From assembly GCA_036172245.1 (NCBI GenBank), contig JAYWIR010000027.1, positions 496,001 through 560,000 of the forward strand: a stretch of 64,000 nt of DNA, given 5' to 3'. The notes below the pieces were generated by a model. It was not told where the DNA came from, searched no databases, and saw only the letters and a program-made list of their open reading frames with translations. Both the position numbers and the translations under genes were made by a program. This document shows, one piece after another, positions 1 through 12,200 of the stretch; within the stretch, counting starts at the first letter, position 1; every line of letters starts with the position of its first letter. The stretch comes from Raillietiella orientalis (lineage: Eukaryota).

Positions 1-1570
1 GGGTGTCCGGGGGAAGGTCACTCCTCCGGAGTGCAGCCCCGACCGCCTGCACGTTTGTGTGCGCAAGTCCGCAGAGGCTCCAGGCTGCATCGAGGGCGTC
101 GTCATCTTGATGTTTCTTCCTTGGTACTGACTTTCGTCATCAGCAGCCAAGTCTGATGCGGCGGCTGTTTACAAAGCTCCCGTGTTCTGTAACTGCAACT
201 CCCTTTTATCTGCATGCTCAAGCAAAACCTCGACTTGGGGGCGGTTCCCGCTGGTGGCGAAATGTTCGCAGTGATCCACTCTCAATCTTCGCCTCTGGTG
301 TGCACCGATGAAAGTCGCCCTGGGAACGGGGACAAAGTAGAGTATGACAAGGGCCACTTCTTCATCCCAGATATCCTAGCTCCTAGGCACGATCCTGAAT
401 TGGTGAAGCCTAACCAGTGACTGCCAAATGTTGGCAAGATAGTGCTGCGAAACTTATGAATCCCATTCATCCTAATTTTGAAAACATTTATAACAGCGGC
501 AGTGTAAGAGAGTGGCTGAAAGACGCATCGACTGAGTCTTCAAAGACGCGGTTTAAGACATAGCTTAAAATTCGCTCTCTTTCGGATGCTTTCACGAGTG
601 AAAAGAATTCCTACCATTCCTAGGGCAAGAAGCTCTGAGAACTCACTTCAGTAAACCTGCATGCATGATTCCGAACAACTACCTGCCATGTGTGTTCCCA
701 CCCTGTAGAAAGTGCCATTTCTCAAGTATGGCGTCGCTTCCAACAGCCAAGAAATTTGTCCGGAAGTGTTCTGGAAATGAAAACAAACGGAATCACAGAG
801 GAGCAGGCTATTAAAATAAGCCAACAAAACAGTTTCCCCAGATTGTCTAATGGTTCTGGCACTTCAATGTGAGACACTGTAAGAATCTTAACTTGATCTT
901 ATTCTGTATAGGAGAATAATCCTTTCAAAGAATTGAAAACAAAACAAGGGTTCGAAGAAAGAATTCCCGAAATCTGCGACAATTCAAATTCCGTTTTCCA
1001 GTCTATGGGCAATGAGCAGCACTCCGTTTTTGATGAGCCAATTTAAAGAACATTCCTCTCTCCATATAAGATGGACCTGCAGATATGGAGATGCAGACTT
1101 CCTTCGTGCATCAAAGTTTGAAAAGCTTATAAGAAACGGGCGTGCGTGAAAGCATCAAATCTCCACTAAACAGGATAACAAGGAAGTGTACCTAAACAAT
1201 TGTCTAAAAGATATTCGAATACAGCAGTTTCTGAAAAAGAATGAAAAGAATGAAATGTCAGAACCTGGGAATTCCATGGATAACATCAACGAAATACTTC
1301 AAGACGAACAAAGCCTTGCGTTGCAGCAATTGCTGGGACTCTCAAAGCAACTAAAGAAGCCTACCAGTTGCTTTCCCAGAAATCATAAGCCAACGGATTT
1401 TCACTTCAGCAGCAGAGAACATGAACATCGACCCTTCTCGCAGCTACGAGGAACATCGATAGCGAACTTCATCTTTACGAGTTGCAGCACAAGATGAACA
1501 CATCCAAACAGCAAAAAAGCAGAGGTAGGAGCCAAACCACCACGACCGAACCAGCTGCCGGTTTCTCCTT

Positions 1571-1670
1571 NNNNNNNNNNNNNNNNNNNNNNNNNNNNNN
1601 NNNNNNNNNNNNNNNNNNNNNNNNNNNNNNNNNNNNNNNNNNNNNNNNNNNNNNNNNNNNNNNNNNNNNT
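1571..1670. other. Assembly gap (100 N)
   Basis: Run of exactly 100 N; the tandem array starts immediately after it, so the true copy number is unknown. Confidence 0.99.
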
Positions 1671-2439
1671 GTCAGCAGAAAATCGTTGAAGGCCGCTTCG
1701 TGAGCTCCCAGCCGACCACTCCACTCATTCGTCACCACGATGCGCTTTCAGTTCCTGAACAACGACTTGAATGTTTTCCCCTAATCACCGACGAGCAATC
1801 CCACAGTGACCGAAGAGACTGTGGAGATCTCTTGGTCCACCTCCGGTTCCCATGATTCACAACTTTCTCTCCAGTGCATATCCCAAGAAATCAACTTGAT
1901 CCGAAGTGCTTCTTATTTTGCAACAAGTTCCATCACTAAGAAACAACACCGCACATCTCCCTATCCTTGTTTCTCTGAGGGCCAGTATGCACCGCATCAC
2001 CTTTCGATCCCCAACTTTGCACACCCCTTGCGAGACATTCCTGCACACAAATTGAGAATGGTTTCCACAGCCCACACTTATCTTAGCCGCTTGCACCCAC
2101 AAGTGCTTCATGACCTTTTTTCTTCACCTTCAAAACTTGCCGACCTTTATTTGGAATTTTTGTTCCACTCCGAGTAGATTTTCGTACAAGGTTCTTAACA
2201 GGCTCAACATGAACGTTATTCCATGTCCTCGAATTGGCTCTTCCGTAAATCGGCCTTTCTTCAGTGAAAACTTCAAACGACATTCTCTCCGAGGGAAGAT
2301 TTCTCATAAGAAGAGATTGGAACAAGGATGAATGCCTTCGTGGAATCCGGGTTTGTCACATAAACGTGAAAGGTCTTCCTGCTCTTCCCTAAAGGGAAAT
2401 GCCGGCTCCTCCAAAGAAGCAGCGTTGTATTGGTCCGGC

Positions 2440-2830
2440 AGATCCTCGGCTGATCGCCGTGTCGCTGGCTCGTCAGGGTATCGTCATGGCTCATCTCCTT
2501 GTCTTCTTCGCCAGATCGTGTTGTCGTTGCGTGACGGTTGATTTCTACGGCGTCGTCTCGATCTTCGGGTCTTCGGTCCATCTCCCGATCGTTGGCCGAT
2601 CACCGTGGCGACGGCTCGTCACCTTCGGCTCATCGGATGATTGTCGAGTCGGCTTTTCTGGCCTGTTCGGGTCTTCGGCTCATCTTGGCTGATCCTTGTA
2701 ACGTCTGCTGATCTGGTGTGTCGTTGGCGCATCTTGGGGGTGTTGGCTGATCGCCGTCTCGATGTCTGATTACTGCATGGTCAGTTCATCTTCGCGCGAC
2801 TGCCTGATCGTCGTGTGGTCGGCGCAATTT
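2440..2830. repeat. Degenerate GC-rich minisatellite-like region (~150-bp higher-order period)
   Basis: GGCTGATCGCCGT-like motif at 2448, 2594 and 2745; many GGCT(G/C)ATC and TCTTCGG subunits. Present in every unit copy. Confidence 0.6.
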
Positions 2831-3164
2831 CATGTATTTGGCTCACCTCCAGGTCGATGGCTGGCTCGCCTGCGGCGCTTCCTGGCAGCTCGATCAAACG
2901 TCACGGATTTGTGGGGGCTGAGCGGACGGACCGTCCAAACGTTCTAGCACTGCCGCTGACCTTGCCCTCCGTCGATGTCGGCTCCGATCTCCGTCTGCCG
3001 CTCCTAAAACGCTCTCTCCCATTCCCGTTTCCCCGACCGATACTCGTTCATGTGTGCTCCTCCGGTTCAGCTACCCAGCTGGTCCCGTTCCTCGTCTTCT
3101 CGTATCGCTGCTGTCTGCCCTCGAGGGCGTGGTCTCAGAAAAAGGGTGCGAGTCATCCGGTAGC

Positions 3165-3266
3165 CGGGGGACGCCCGTCCCCGCGGCCCGGACGACAAGC
3201 CAACGCGATCGGGGGACGCCCGTCCCCACAAAAAGGAACATTCAAAAGCCAAGGGACGCCCGTCCC
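3165..3266. repeat. Three copies of the palindromic motif GGGACG-CC-CGTCCC (also at 8623-8724, 14091-14192, 19580-19681)
   Basis: Cores start at 3168, 3213 and 3253; GGGACG and CGTCCC are reverse complements; a T-run follows at about 3284-3297. Confidence 0.92.
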
Positions 3267-6200
3267 AGGCATCGCAAAAGCAAATTTTTTTTTTTTTACG
3301 TTATCGCGCGTGTTTCTCAGCGACGCGAGTTCTAATGCGTCTGTACAGACACTCTCGTTCCGAATTCTTTTCCAGCAATGTTTCCTTGACAACCGGCCTG
3401 GGAGGATGACCAGCCACCGTCTTCTGCGCATGCCTTTACGCGCCCGGGCCTGCCCCCGTCCGCGGTGAGGCAGGTGAGTGCGCAAGGCATGCGTTCGCAT
3501 CGCCTGCCGAGGTCCAACTCGGTCCACGCATAGGAGCGCGCAAGCAGCTTCCTAACTTGTTCTCTGAGCGCTGGCTCTGACGAGGCTCTGCCTGCAGTGT
3601 CCAGAGCTGCGTAAATTCTGAACGCGGACGCCGGGACGCCTTCGAATGGGACAACTCTTCGTTGCTGCTCCTCTTAAAGATGCCGCGCCTCGCTCTTCAG
3701 CCGACTCGATGACGGTCAGGCAAGGACACACTCATGTGGAGAAGAAACGAAGATGGCTTCATACGTTGATGTCACGAGACGACGAGATGTGTGACCAGTG
3801 TGTCGCCTCTGAGCCTGCTTGTCCCTTTGAAGGTGGCCCCGAGGGAGAAGTGAAGCGTGGCCTTGCTCAGCCAAGGACTTTCCGTGGAGCTCTGAGAGGC
3901 CGCGGAGCACGTACGGGTGCTCGGCGTGTTCGATGGTGCCCCCAAGCCAGTGGGCTTGGGGGCTGCTTGTCGAGGGTGCGAAGTCAGCGCCGCGGTGCCG
4001 TGCCGCATTTCGGCAGCCTCGGATCGTCGTCGCCGTTGGCTTTGGATGATGCTCTGGCGAATGTCGAAAGTCATCCTGTCGGATGATGAGTCGACGATGG
4101 CGACGTCTTGTCCCGATGCGGTTGCTTCATCTTGGACTTGAAAAGAGGGTAGCCACTATCGGTCAGAGAGCCACGGAGGGGTCGTGGAACACTCGGGTAA
4201 AGAGCAAACGCCATAGGCTGACTGCACCAGTTCGAACCTGACGCGCGTGCCGAGAGCTAGCAGCCTTTTTTGCTGATGGACGCAGTGCGGGAGGGCCCAT
4301 GCGGTTTTTGTGCTCTCAGAGAGGCAGCCCAGAGACAAGTGCGCTCTGCTCAGTTGCGTCGCAGTTCTTCCTCCTCGCTGCTACGCAGCAAAGCGGCGTC
4401 TGAGTAGAGCTGAGACCAGTCGAGGATGTGAATTCCTGTCTGTCGACACCGTTACGAGGAGCTCACTTCATTCTCGTCCACCGCATGGCCGCCGCCTGGT
4501 AACAGTGTGCGGTAATCGAGCCGCGTTGGCGACTGCTTTTGAGCGCTCGGCGTACGGAAGCGGCAGAAGGAGTGCACCAACTCGCGTTCTGCGGGACTCA
4601 TTGGAGTCAGAAGGTCGGACCGTCTCCGGCCCGTGTCCTGGCATCCTACGATTTAAGCGACCGAATTTTCGCTTGCCGCCCGCGTGCGTCTTGCTCCATC
4701 AGTCTGTGTCCATGACAGCCTTCAACATGAGGACGGCTTCTATTGGCCTCATCTGAAGGATGTGAGGAAGGATCTTGCGGGAATTCAGTGCCGATTCAGA
4801 GAGCGAAAGATCATCTGATCCGGGAAGGCGGAGGGCGCGAGGGTACGGGTGCTCGGCGTGTTCGCTCACGTGAGCAGGCGGCTGTCGATGAGGCGGGCCT
4901 GGATCAGCAGACAACCACCCGTCGGGAAAGAAGTGGAGAACGGGACGACGGAGGTGGTTTCTGCCGCCGGTGGCAAAGAAGCGTCGGCCTCGTTAGGACG
5001 CTGGTTTTTCTCGGGGGAAGCTCGTGGGCGTCCAGCGACCATCGAGTCCTGGGATGCGTCTGCGCAAGATGAGGTCGTCTTCGAGCCGGGCGCGCCGATG
5101 AGCTACTTCAGCTGCTGCTTTTGCGAAAAGTGCAACGAGTTGCGGTCAGTCGGAGGGGGCGACTTGAGGATGCCAGAAGCGGAGGCCAGGCACCCATCCG
5201 TCGCAAAATGGATGGTGCGCGCGCTAGGAAGACCATGGCCACGCTTCCATCTTCAACGTGAGAGAGGGAGGTGTACGTCCTTCCTTTCGAAGCGTTGGAC
5301 GGGCGCCCACCAAGCTCCAGGGCCCACGCCTGTCCTCAACCACCACGCACCTTTGGCTCCGACGGTGGTAAGACAAACCGCCACCATTCTTACCTTCTCC
5401 GAGCGCCCCTCGGCCAGATTGTTTCCACTAGAACATTTCTTCCATATGAACACCGGTGATGGCCACAAAAAAATACACAGAACAGAGTGTCTGAATGACC
5501 GCCACCAGCGGAGCGAAGGAAACATGCGTGCGCACGTGGCTGGATTCGGTGCTGCCAGGGCTTCCATCGGAAGCAACAAACTCATAGCTTCCGTGGTGGG
5601 GCTCTCTCCCTCCCTTCAGACGCTTCTACAGAGAAACCGCCAGCTCGCAGGTGCGCAGACCGATGGGCTCATCTCAGAAGCGGCATGGGGGAATAACAAA
5701 ACCAAAAAGAAAAGAAAAGAACAACTAAACACAAAGGAGAACTATCTGGTGGTCGCGTCGGAGATCACTGTTCACTTAAGAGAGTCTGGATCCTTTGCTG
5801 GATGCCGGATAGGTCTAAGGTGGGGTCATGTAGCCGGTGTCTGCAGAAAGCGAGCTGCGAACTCGATAGCGGGCCTCTCAATTCTTCCTCTGTCGTCCTC
5901 GCTCCAAACCACCAGAATTCCGCGGATGCAGAAGAGCGCTGCTGGTGCTGCGGCTGGGAGCAGGGCGTCCCACACAAAGAGAAGTCAAACACCGTTCCTG
6001 GAGGGGGGGATTGGTGCCAAAAGGAATCCGAAGGATCATTGCGAAACGTTCCCGTAGCCGCTGGAAGGCTGCACAGTTCACTAGCAGATGATGGAGGGAT
6101 TCGCGCTCCCCGCACAGCTAGAAGCGACATTCCGATCTCACCCTTGCCGCGCTTAGTGGTGTCGGCGTGCGTTGCAGGGAAGACCCAACGCAACAGCAGA

Positions 6201-9200
6201 GTTGCCGAGTCCTGCTACTTTGCAAGAGGATGCTGCTGTTCATGTCACAGGGGCCCATCCGGGTCTGCGGCACGGATACCGAGCAGGACCAGGAAAAATG
6301 GATTCTTCTGGCGGCCACGCCCCTTGCAGCAGCGCTGTCTGCTATGCATGCGAGCGATGACAGTTGCCTACCTGCAGGGTGGACGGTCTCCTGGACGCAT
6401 GCGTGAGAAACGAAACCGTTTAGCGACTGGAAGACGAGTGAGCTGACAGACAGTCTCAGTGCCACTTCTCGGAGCTGTGCGAAGGGACTGCTTCGGTGGC
6501 TGTTGAAAGCGACCCCTAAAGAACTTGTGATCGCTCCCACGTACTTGTCCACACACCTCTTTGTCCCCTCATCTGGGAAGCTTATCATCTGATGTTTCGT
6601 TAGACTTTCCATCGCAGTCAGCGCGCGAACTAGTTTCAGAAGGAGTTGCCTTCCCGAACTGCAGAAGGAGCGGAACGGTGCAATCGCTCCCGCACCTGCT
6701 CATCGACTGCGGGGTGCTCAATGCACTGTGGCGGACGCTGTCTTCAGCGCTTCTGCACCAGGGAGACACTGCCATCCAGCCGAAGCGGCGGTTCTTTACG
6801 CGTAGCGGCCTTTCAGCAGGCGCGGTCATTGCAGCGATGTGCTGCTTCCGCAGCGTCGTCATGGACCACCACTTGTTGTAACAGCAGGAGAGAGACAAAC
6901 GTCACCAGGATCGCAGCCACCGAAACATGAGTGCCGAAACTACGTGTCGGGAAGCCTCCACGTGAACTCGTCTCTTAGTCTGGGAGGCCCCTTTCAAGAT
7001 GATTTGTGGACTTAATTTGCATACACCACCCGGCGCAAGCGCGTGATGAATGAATTCAGATCTGGAATCATAAATATGCTCGTAACTGATCATCATTCGC
7101 TCAGCAATCGCTGCTGTTGCTGATTCTTCCTTGTCAGCAGAAAATCGTTGAAGGCCGCTTCGTGAGCTCCCAGCCGACCACTCCACTCATTCGTCACCAC
7201 GATGCGCTTTCAGTTCCTGAACAACGACTTGAATGTTTTCCCCTAATCACCGACGAGCAATCCCACAGTGACCGAAGAGACTGTGGAGATCTCTTGGTCC
7301 ACCTCCGGTTCCCATGATTCACAACTTTCTCTCCAGTGCATATCCCAAGAAATCAACTTGATCCGAAGTGCTTCTTATTTTGCAACAAGTTCCATCACTA
7401 AGAAACAACACCGCACATCTCCCTATCCTTGTTTCTCTGAGGGCCAGTATGCACCGCATCACCTTTCGATCCCCAACTTTGCACACCCCTTGCGAGACAT
7501 TCCTGCACACAAATTGAGAATGGTTTCCACAGCCCACACTTATCTTAGCCGCTTGCACCCACAAGTGCTTCATGACCTTTTTTCTTCACCTTCAAAACTT
7601 GCCGACCTTTATTTGGAATTTTTGTTCCACTCCGAGTAGATTTTCGTACAAGGTTCTTAACAGGCTCAACATGAACGTTATTCCATGTCCTCGAATTGGC
7701 TCTTCCGTAAATCGGCCTTTCTTCAGTGAAAACTTCAAACGACATTCTCTCCGAGGGAAGATTTCTCATAAGAAGAGATTGGAACAAGGATGAATGCCTT
7801 CGTGGAATCCGGGTTTGTCACATAAACGTGAAAGGTCTTCCTGCTCTTCCCTAAAGGGAAATGCCGGCTCCTCCAAAGAAGCAGCGTTGTATTGGTCCGG
7901 CAGATCCTCGGCTGATCGCCGTGTCGCTGGCTCGTCAGGGTATCGTCATGGCTCATCTCCTTGTCTTCTTCGCCAGATCGTGTTGTCGTTGCGTGACGGT
8001 TGATTTCTACGGCGTCGTCTCGATCTTCGGGTCTTCGGTCCATCTCTCCCGATCGTTACGATCACCGTGGCGACGGTCACCTTCGGCTCATCGGATGATT
8101 GTCGAGTCGGCTTTTCTGGCCTGTTCGGGTCTTCGGCTCATCTTGGCTGATCCTTGTAACGTCTGCTGATCTGGTGTGTCGTTGGCGCATCTTGGGGGTG
8201 TTGGCTGATCGCCGTCTCGATGTCTGATTACTGCATGGTCAGTTCATCTTCGCGCGACTGCCTGATCGTCGTGTGGTCGGCGCAATTTCATGTATTTGGC
8301 TCACCTCCAGGTCGATGGCTGGCTCGCCTGCGGCGCTTCCTGGCAGCTCGATCAAACGTCACGGATTTGTGGGGGCTGAGCGGACGGACCGTCCAAACGT
8401 TCTAGCACTGCCGCTGACCTTGCCCTCCGTCGATGTCGGCTCCGATCTCCGTCTGCCGCTCCTAAAACGCTCTCTCCCATTCCCGTTTCCCCGACCGATA
8501 CTCGTTCATGTGTGCTCCTCCGGTTCAGCTACCCAGCTGGTCCCGTTCCTCGTCTTCTCGTATCGCTGCTGTCTGCCCTCGAGGGCGTGGTCTCAGAAAA
8601 AGGGTGCGAGTCATCCGGTAGCCGGGGGACGCCCGTCCCCGCGGCCCGGACGACAAGCCAACGCGATCGGGGGACGCCCGTCCCCACAAAAAGGAACATT
8701 CAAAAGCCAAGGGACGCCCGTCCCAGGCATCGCAAAAGCAAATTTTTTTTTTTTTACGTTATCGCGCGTGTTTCTCAGCGACGCGAGTTCTAATGCGTCT
8801 GTACAGACACTCTCGTTCCGAATTCTTTTCCAGCAATGTTTCCTTGACAACCGGCCTGGGAGGATGACCAGCCACCGTCTTCTGCGCATGCCTTTACGCG
8901 CCCGGGCCTGCCCCCGTCCGCGGTGAGGCAGGTGAGTGCGCAAGGCATGCGTTCGCATCGCCTGCCGAGGTCCAACTCGGTCCACGCATAGGAGCGCGCA
9001 AGCAGCTTCCTAACTTGTTCTCTGAGCGCTGGCTCTGACGAGGCTCTGCCTGCAGTGTCCAGAGCTGCGTAAATTCTGAACGCGGACGCCGGGACGCCTT
9101 CGAATGGGACAACTCTTCGTTGCTGCTCCTCTTAAAGATGCCGCGCCTCGCTCTTCAGCCGACTCGATGACGGTCAGGCAAGGACACACTCATGTGGAGA

Positions 9201-12200
9201 AGAAACGAAGATGGCTTCATACGTTGATGTCACGAGACGACGAGATGTGTGACCAGTGTGTCGCCTCTGAGCCTGCTTGTCCCTTTGAAGTGGCCCCGAG
9301 GGAGAAGTGAAGCGGCCCTTGCTCGTGTCAAGGACTTTCCGTGGAGTTTGAGAGGCCGCGGAGCACGCAATGGGTGCTCGGCGTGTTGATGGTGCCCTCG
9401 CCAGCGGGTCGGGGGCTGTTTGTCGAGGGTGCGAAGTCAGTGCCGCGGCGGTGCTGTGCGCCGCATTTCGGCAGCCTCGGATCGTCGTCGCCGTTGGCTT
9501 TGGATGATGCTCTGGCGAATGTCGAAAGTCATCCTGTCGGATGATGAGTCGACGATGGCGACGTCTTGTCCCGATGCGGTTGCTTCATCTTGGACTTGAA
9601 AAGAGGGTAGCCACTATCGGTCAGAGAGCCACGGAGGGGTCGTGGAACACTCGGGTAAAGAGCAAACGCCATAGGCTGACTGCACCAGTTCGAACCTGAC
9701 GCGCGTGCCGAGAGCTAGCAGCCTTTTTTGCTGATGGACGCAGTGCGGGAGGGCCCATGCGGTTTTTGTGCTCTCAGAGAGGCAGCTCCCAGAGACAAGT
9801 GCGCTCTGCTCAGTTGCGTCGCAGTTCTTCCTCCTCGCTGCTACGCAGCAAAGCGGCGTCTGAGTAGAGCTGAGACCAGTCGAGGATGTGAATTCCTGTC
9901 TGTCGACACCGTTACGAGGAGCTCACTTCATTCTCGTCCACCGCATGGCCGCCGCCTGGTAACAGTGTGCGGTAATCGAGCCGCGTTGGCGACTGCTTTT
10001 GAGCGCTCTGCGTACGGAAGCGGCAGAAGGAGTGCACCAACTCGCGTTCTGCGGGACTCATTGGAGTCAGAAGGTCGGACCGTCTCCGGCCCGTGTCCTG
10101 GCATCCTACGACGCGACCGAATTGCTTGCTGCCCGCGTGCGTCTTGTCTATCGGTCAGGTCTCATGACAGCCTTCAACATGAGGACGGCTTCATTGGCCT
10201 CATCTGGGAAGGATGAGTAGGGATCTTGCGGGAATTCAGTGCCGATTCAGAGAGCGAAAGATCATCTGATCCGGGAAGGCGGAGGGCGAGGGTACAAGTG
10301 CTCGGCGTGTTCGCTCACGTGAGCAGGCGGCTGTCGATGAGGCGGGCCTGGATCAGCAGACAAATCCACCCGTCGGGAAAGAAGTGGAGAACGGGACGAC
10401 GGAGGTGGTTTCTGCCGCCGGTGGCAAAGAAGCGTCGGCCTCGTTAGGACGCTGGTTTTTCTCGGGGGAAGCTCGTGGGCGTCCAGCGACCATCGAGTCC
10501 TGGGATGCGTCTGCGCAAGATGAGGTCGTCTTCGAGCCGGGCGCGCCGATGAGCTACTTCAGCTGCTGCTTTTGCGAAAAGTGCAACGAGTTGCGGTCAG
10601 TCGGAGGGGGCGACTTGAGGATGCCAGAAGCGGAGGCCAGGCACCCATCCGTCGCAAAATGGATGGTGCGCGCGCTAGGAAGACCATGGCCACGCTTCCA
10701 TCTTCAACGTGAGAGAGGGAGGTGTACTTCCTTCCTTTCGAAGCGTTGGACGGGCGCCCACCAAGCTCCAGGGCCCACGCCTGTCCTCAACCACCACGCA
10801 CCTTTGGCTCCGACGGTGGTAAGACAAACCGCCACCATTCTTACCTTCTCCGAGTGCCCCTCGGCCAGATTGTTTTTCCACTAGAACATTTCTTCCATAT
10901 GAACACCGGTGATGCATTACAAAAAAATACACAGAACAGAGTGTCTGAATGACCGCCACCAGCGGAGCGAAGGAAACATGCGTGCGCACGTGGCTGGATT
11001 CGGTGCTGCCAGGGCTTCCATCGGAAGCAACAAACTCATAGCTTCCGTGGTGGGGCTCTCTCCCTCCCTTCAGACGCTTCTACAGAGAAACCGCCAGCTC
11101 GCAGGTGCGCAGACCGATGGGCTCATCTCAGAAGCGGCATGGGGGAATAACAAAACCAAAAAGAAAAGAAAAGAACAACTAAACACAAAGGAGAACTATC
11201 TGGTGGTCGCGTCGGAGATCACTGTTCACTTAAGAGAGTCTGGATCCTTTGCTGGATGCCGGATAGGTCTAAGGTGGGGTCATGTAGCCGGTGTCTGCAG
11301 AAAGCGAGCTGCGAACTCGATAGCGGGCCTCTCAATTCTTCCTCTGTCGTCCTCGCTCCAAACCACCAGAATTCCGCGGATGCAGAAGAGCGCTGCTGGT
11401 GCTGCGGCTGGGAGCAGGGCGTCCCACACAAAGAGAAGTCAAACAACGTTCCTGGAGGGGGGGATTGGTGCCAAAAGGAATCCGAAGGATCATTGCGAAA
11501 CGTTCCCGTAGCCGCTGGAAGGCTGCACAGTTCACTAGCAGATGATGGAGGGATTCGCGCTCCCCGCACAGCTAGAAGCGACATTCCGATCTCACCCTTG
11601 CCAGCGTTTAGTGGTGTCGGCGTGCGTTGCAGGGAAGACCCAAGCGCAACAGCAGAGTTGCCGAGTCCTGCTACTTCTGCAAGAGGATGCTGCTGTTCAT
11701 GTCACAGGGGGCCCATCCGGGTCTGCGGCACGGATACCGAGCAGGACCAGGAAAAATGGATTCTTCTGGCGGCCACGCCCCTTGCAGCAGCGCTGTCTGC
11801 TATGCATGCGAGCGATGACAGTTGCCTACCTGCAGGGTGGACGGTCTCCTGGACGCATGCTTGAGAAACGAAACCGTTTAGCGACTGGAAGACGAGTGAG
11901 CTGACAGACAGTCTCAGTGCCACTTCTCGGAGCTGTGCGATGGGACTGCTTCGGTGGAGCGGGCTGTTGAAAGCGACCCCTAAAGAACTTGTGATCGCTC
12001 CCACGTACTTGTCCACACACCTCTTTGTCCCCTCATCTGGGAAGCTTATCATCTGATGTTTCGTTAGACTTTCCATCGCAGTCAGCGCGCGAACTAGTTT
12101 CAGAAGGAGTTGCCTTCCCGAACTGCAGAAGGAGCGGAACGGTGCAATCGCTCCCGCACCTGCTCATCGACTGCGGGGTGCTCAATGCACTGTGGCGGAC

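Noticed and set aside
282..470. C-type lectin-like peptide (HWLGFTNSG...)
   Set aside because: Conserved cysteines and the WND motif are absent; resemblance too weak.
2074..2088. Third U2-like match (GGCTAAGATAAGTGT, minus strand) inside the unit
   Set aside because: Only 15 nt with a deletion, lying within a probable APE remnant; compatible with chance.
3165..3266. Mini CRISPR-like array (palindromic repeats with ~27-bp spacers)
   Set aside because: Only three repeats of 14-18 bp, uneven period, spacers share AAGCCAA, no cas genes, eukaryotic TE context.
4849..6057. 402-aa ORF as a real gene
   Set aside because: Broken in the other unit copies, spans unrelated TE remnants and has no coherent domain; a chance frame in GC-rich DNA.
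9280..10380. Locally diverged stretch of the array as biological divergence
   Set aside because: Clustered small indels look like unpolished long-read consensus error; cannot be interpreted without reads.
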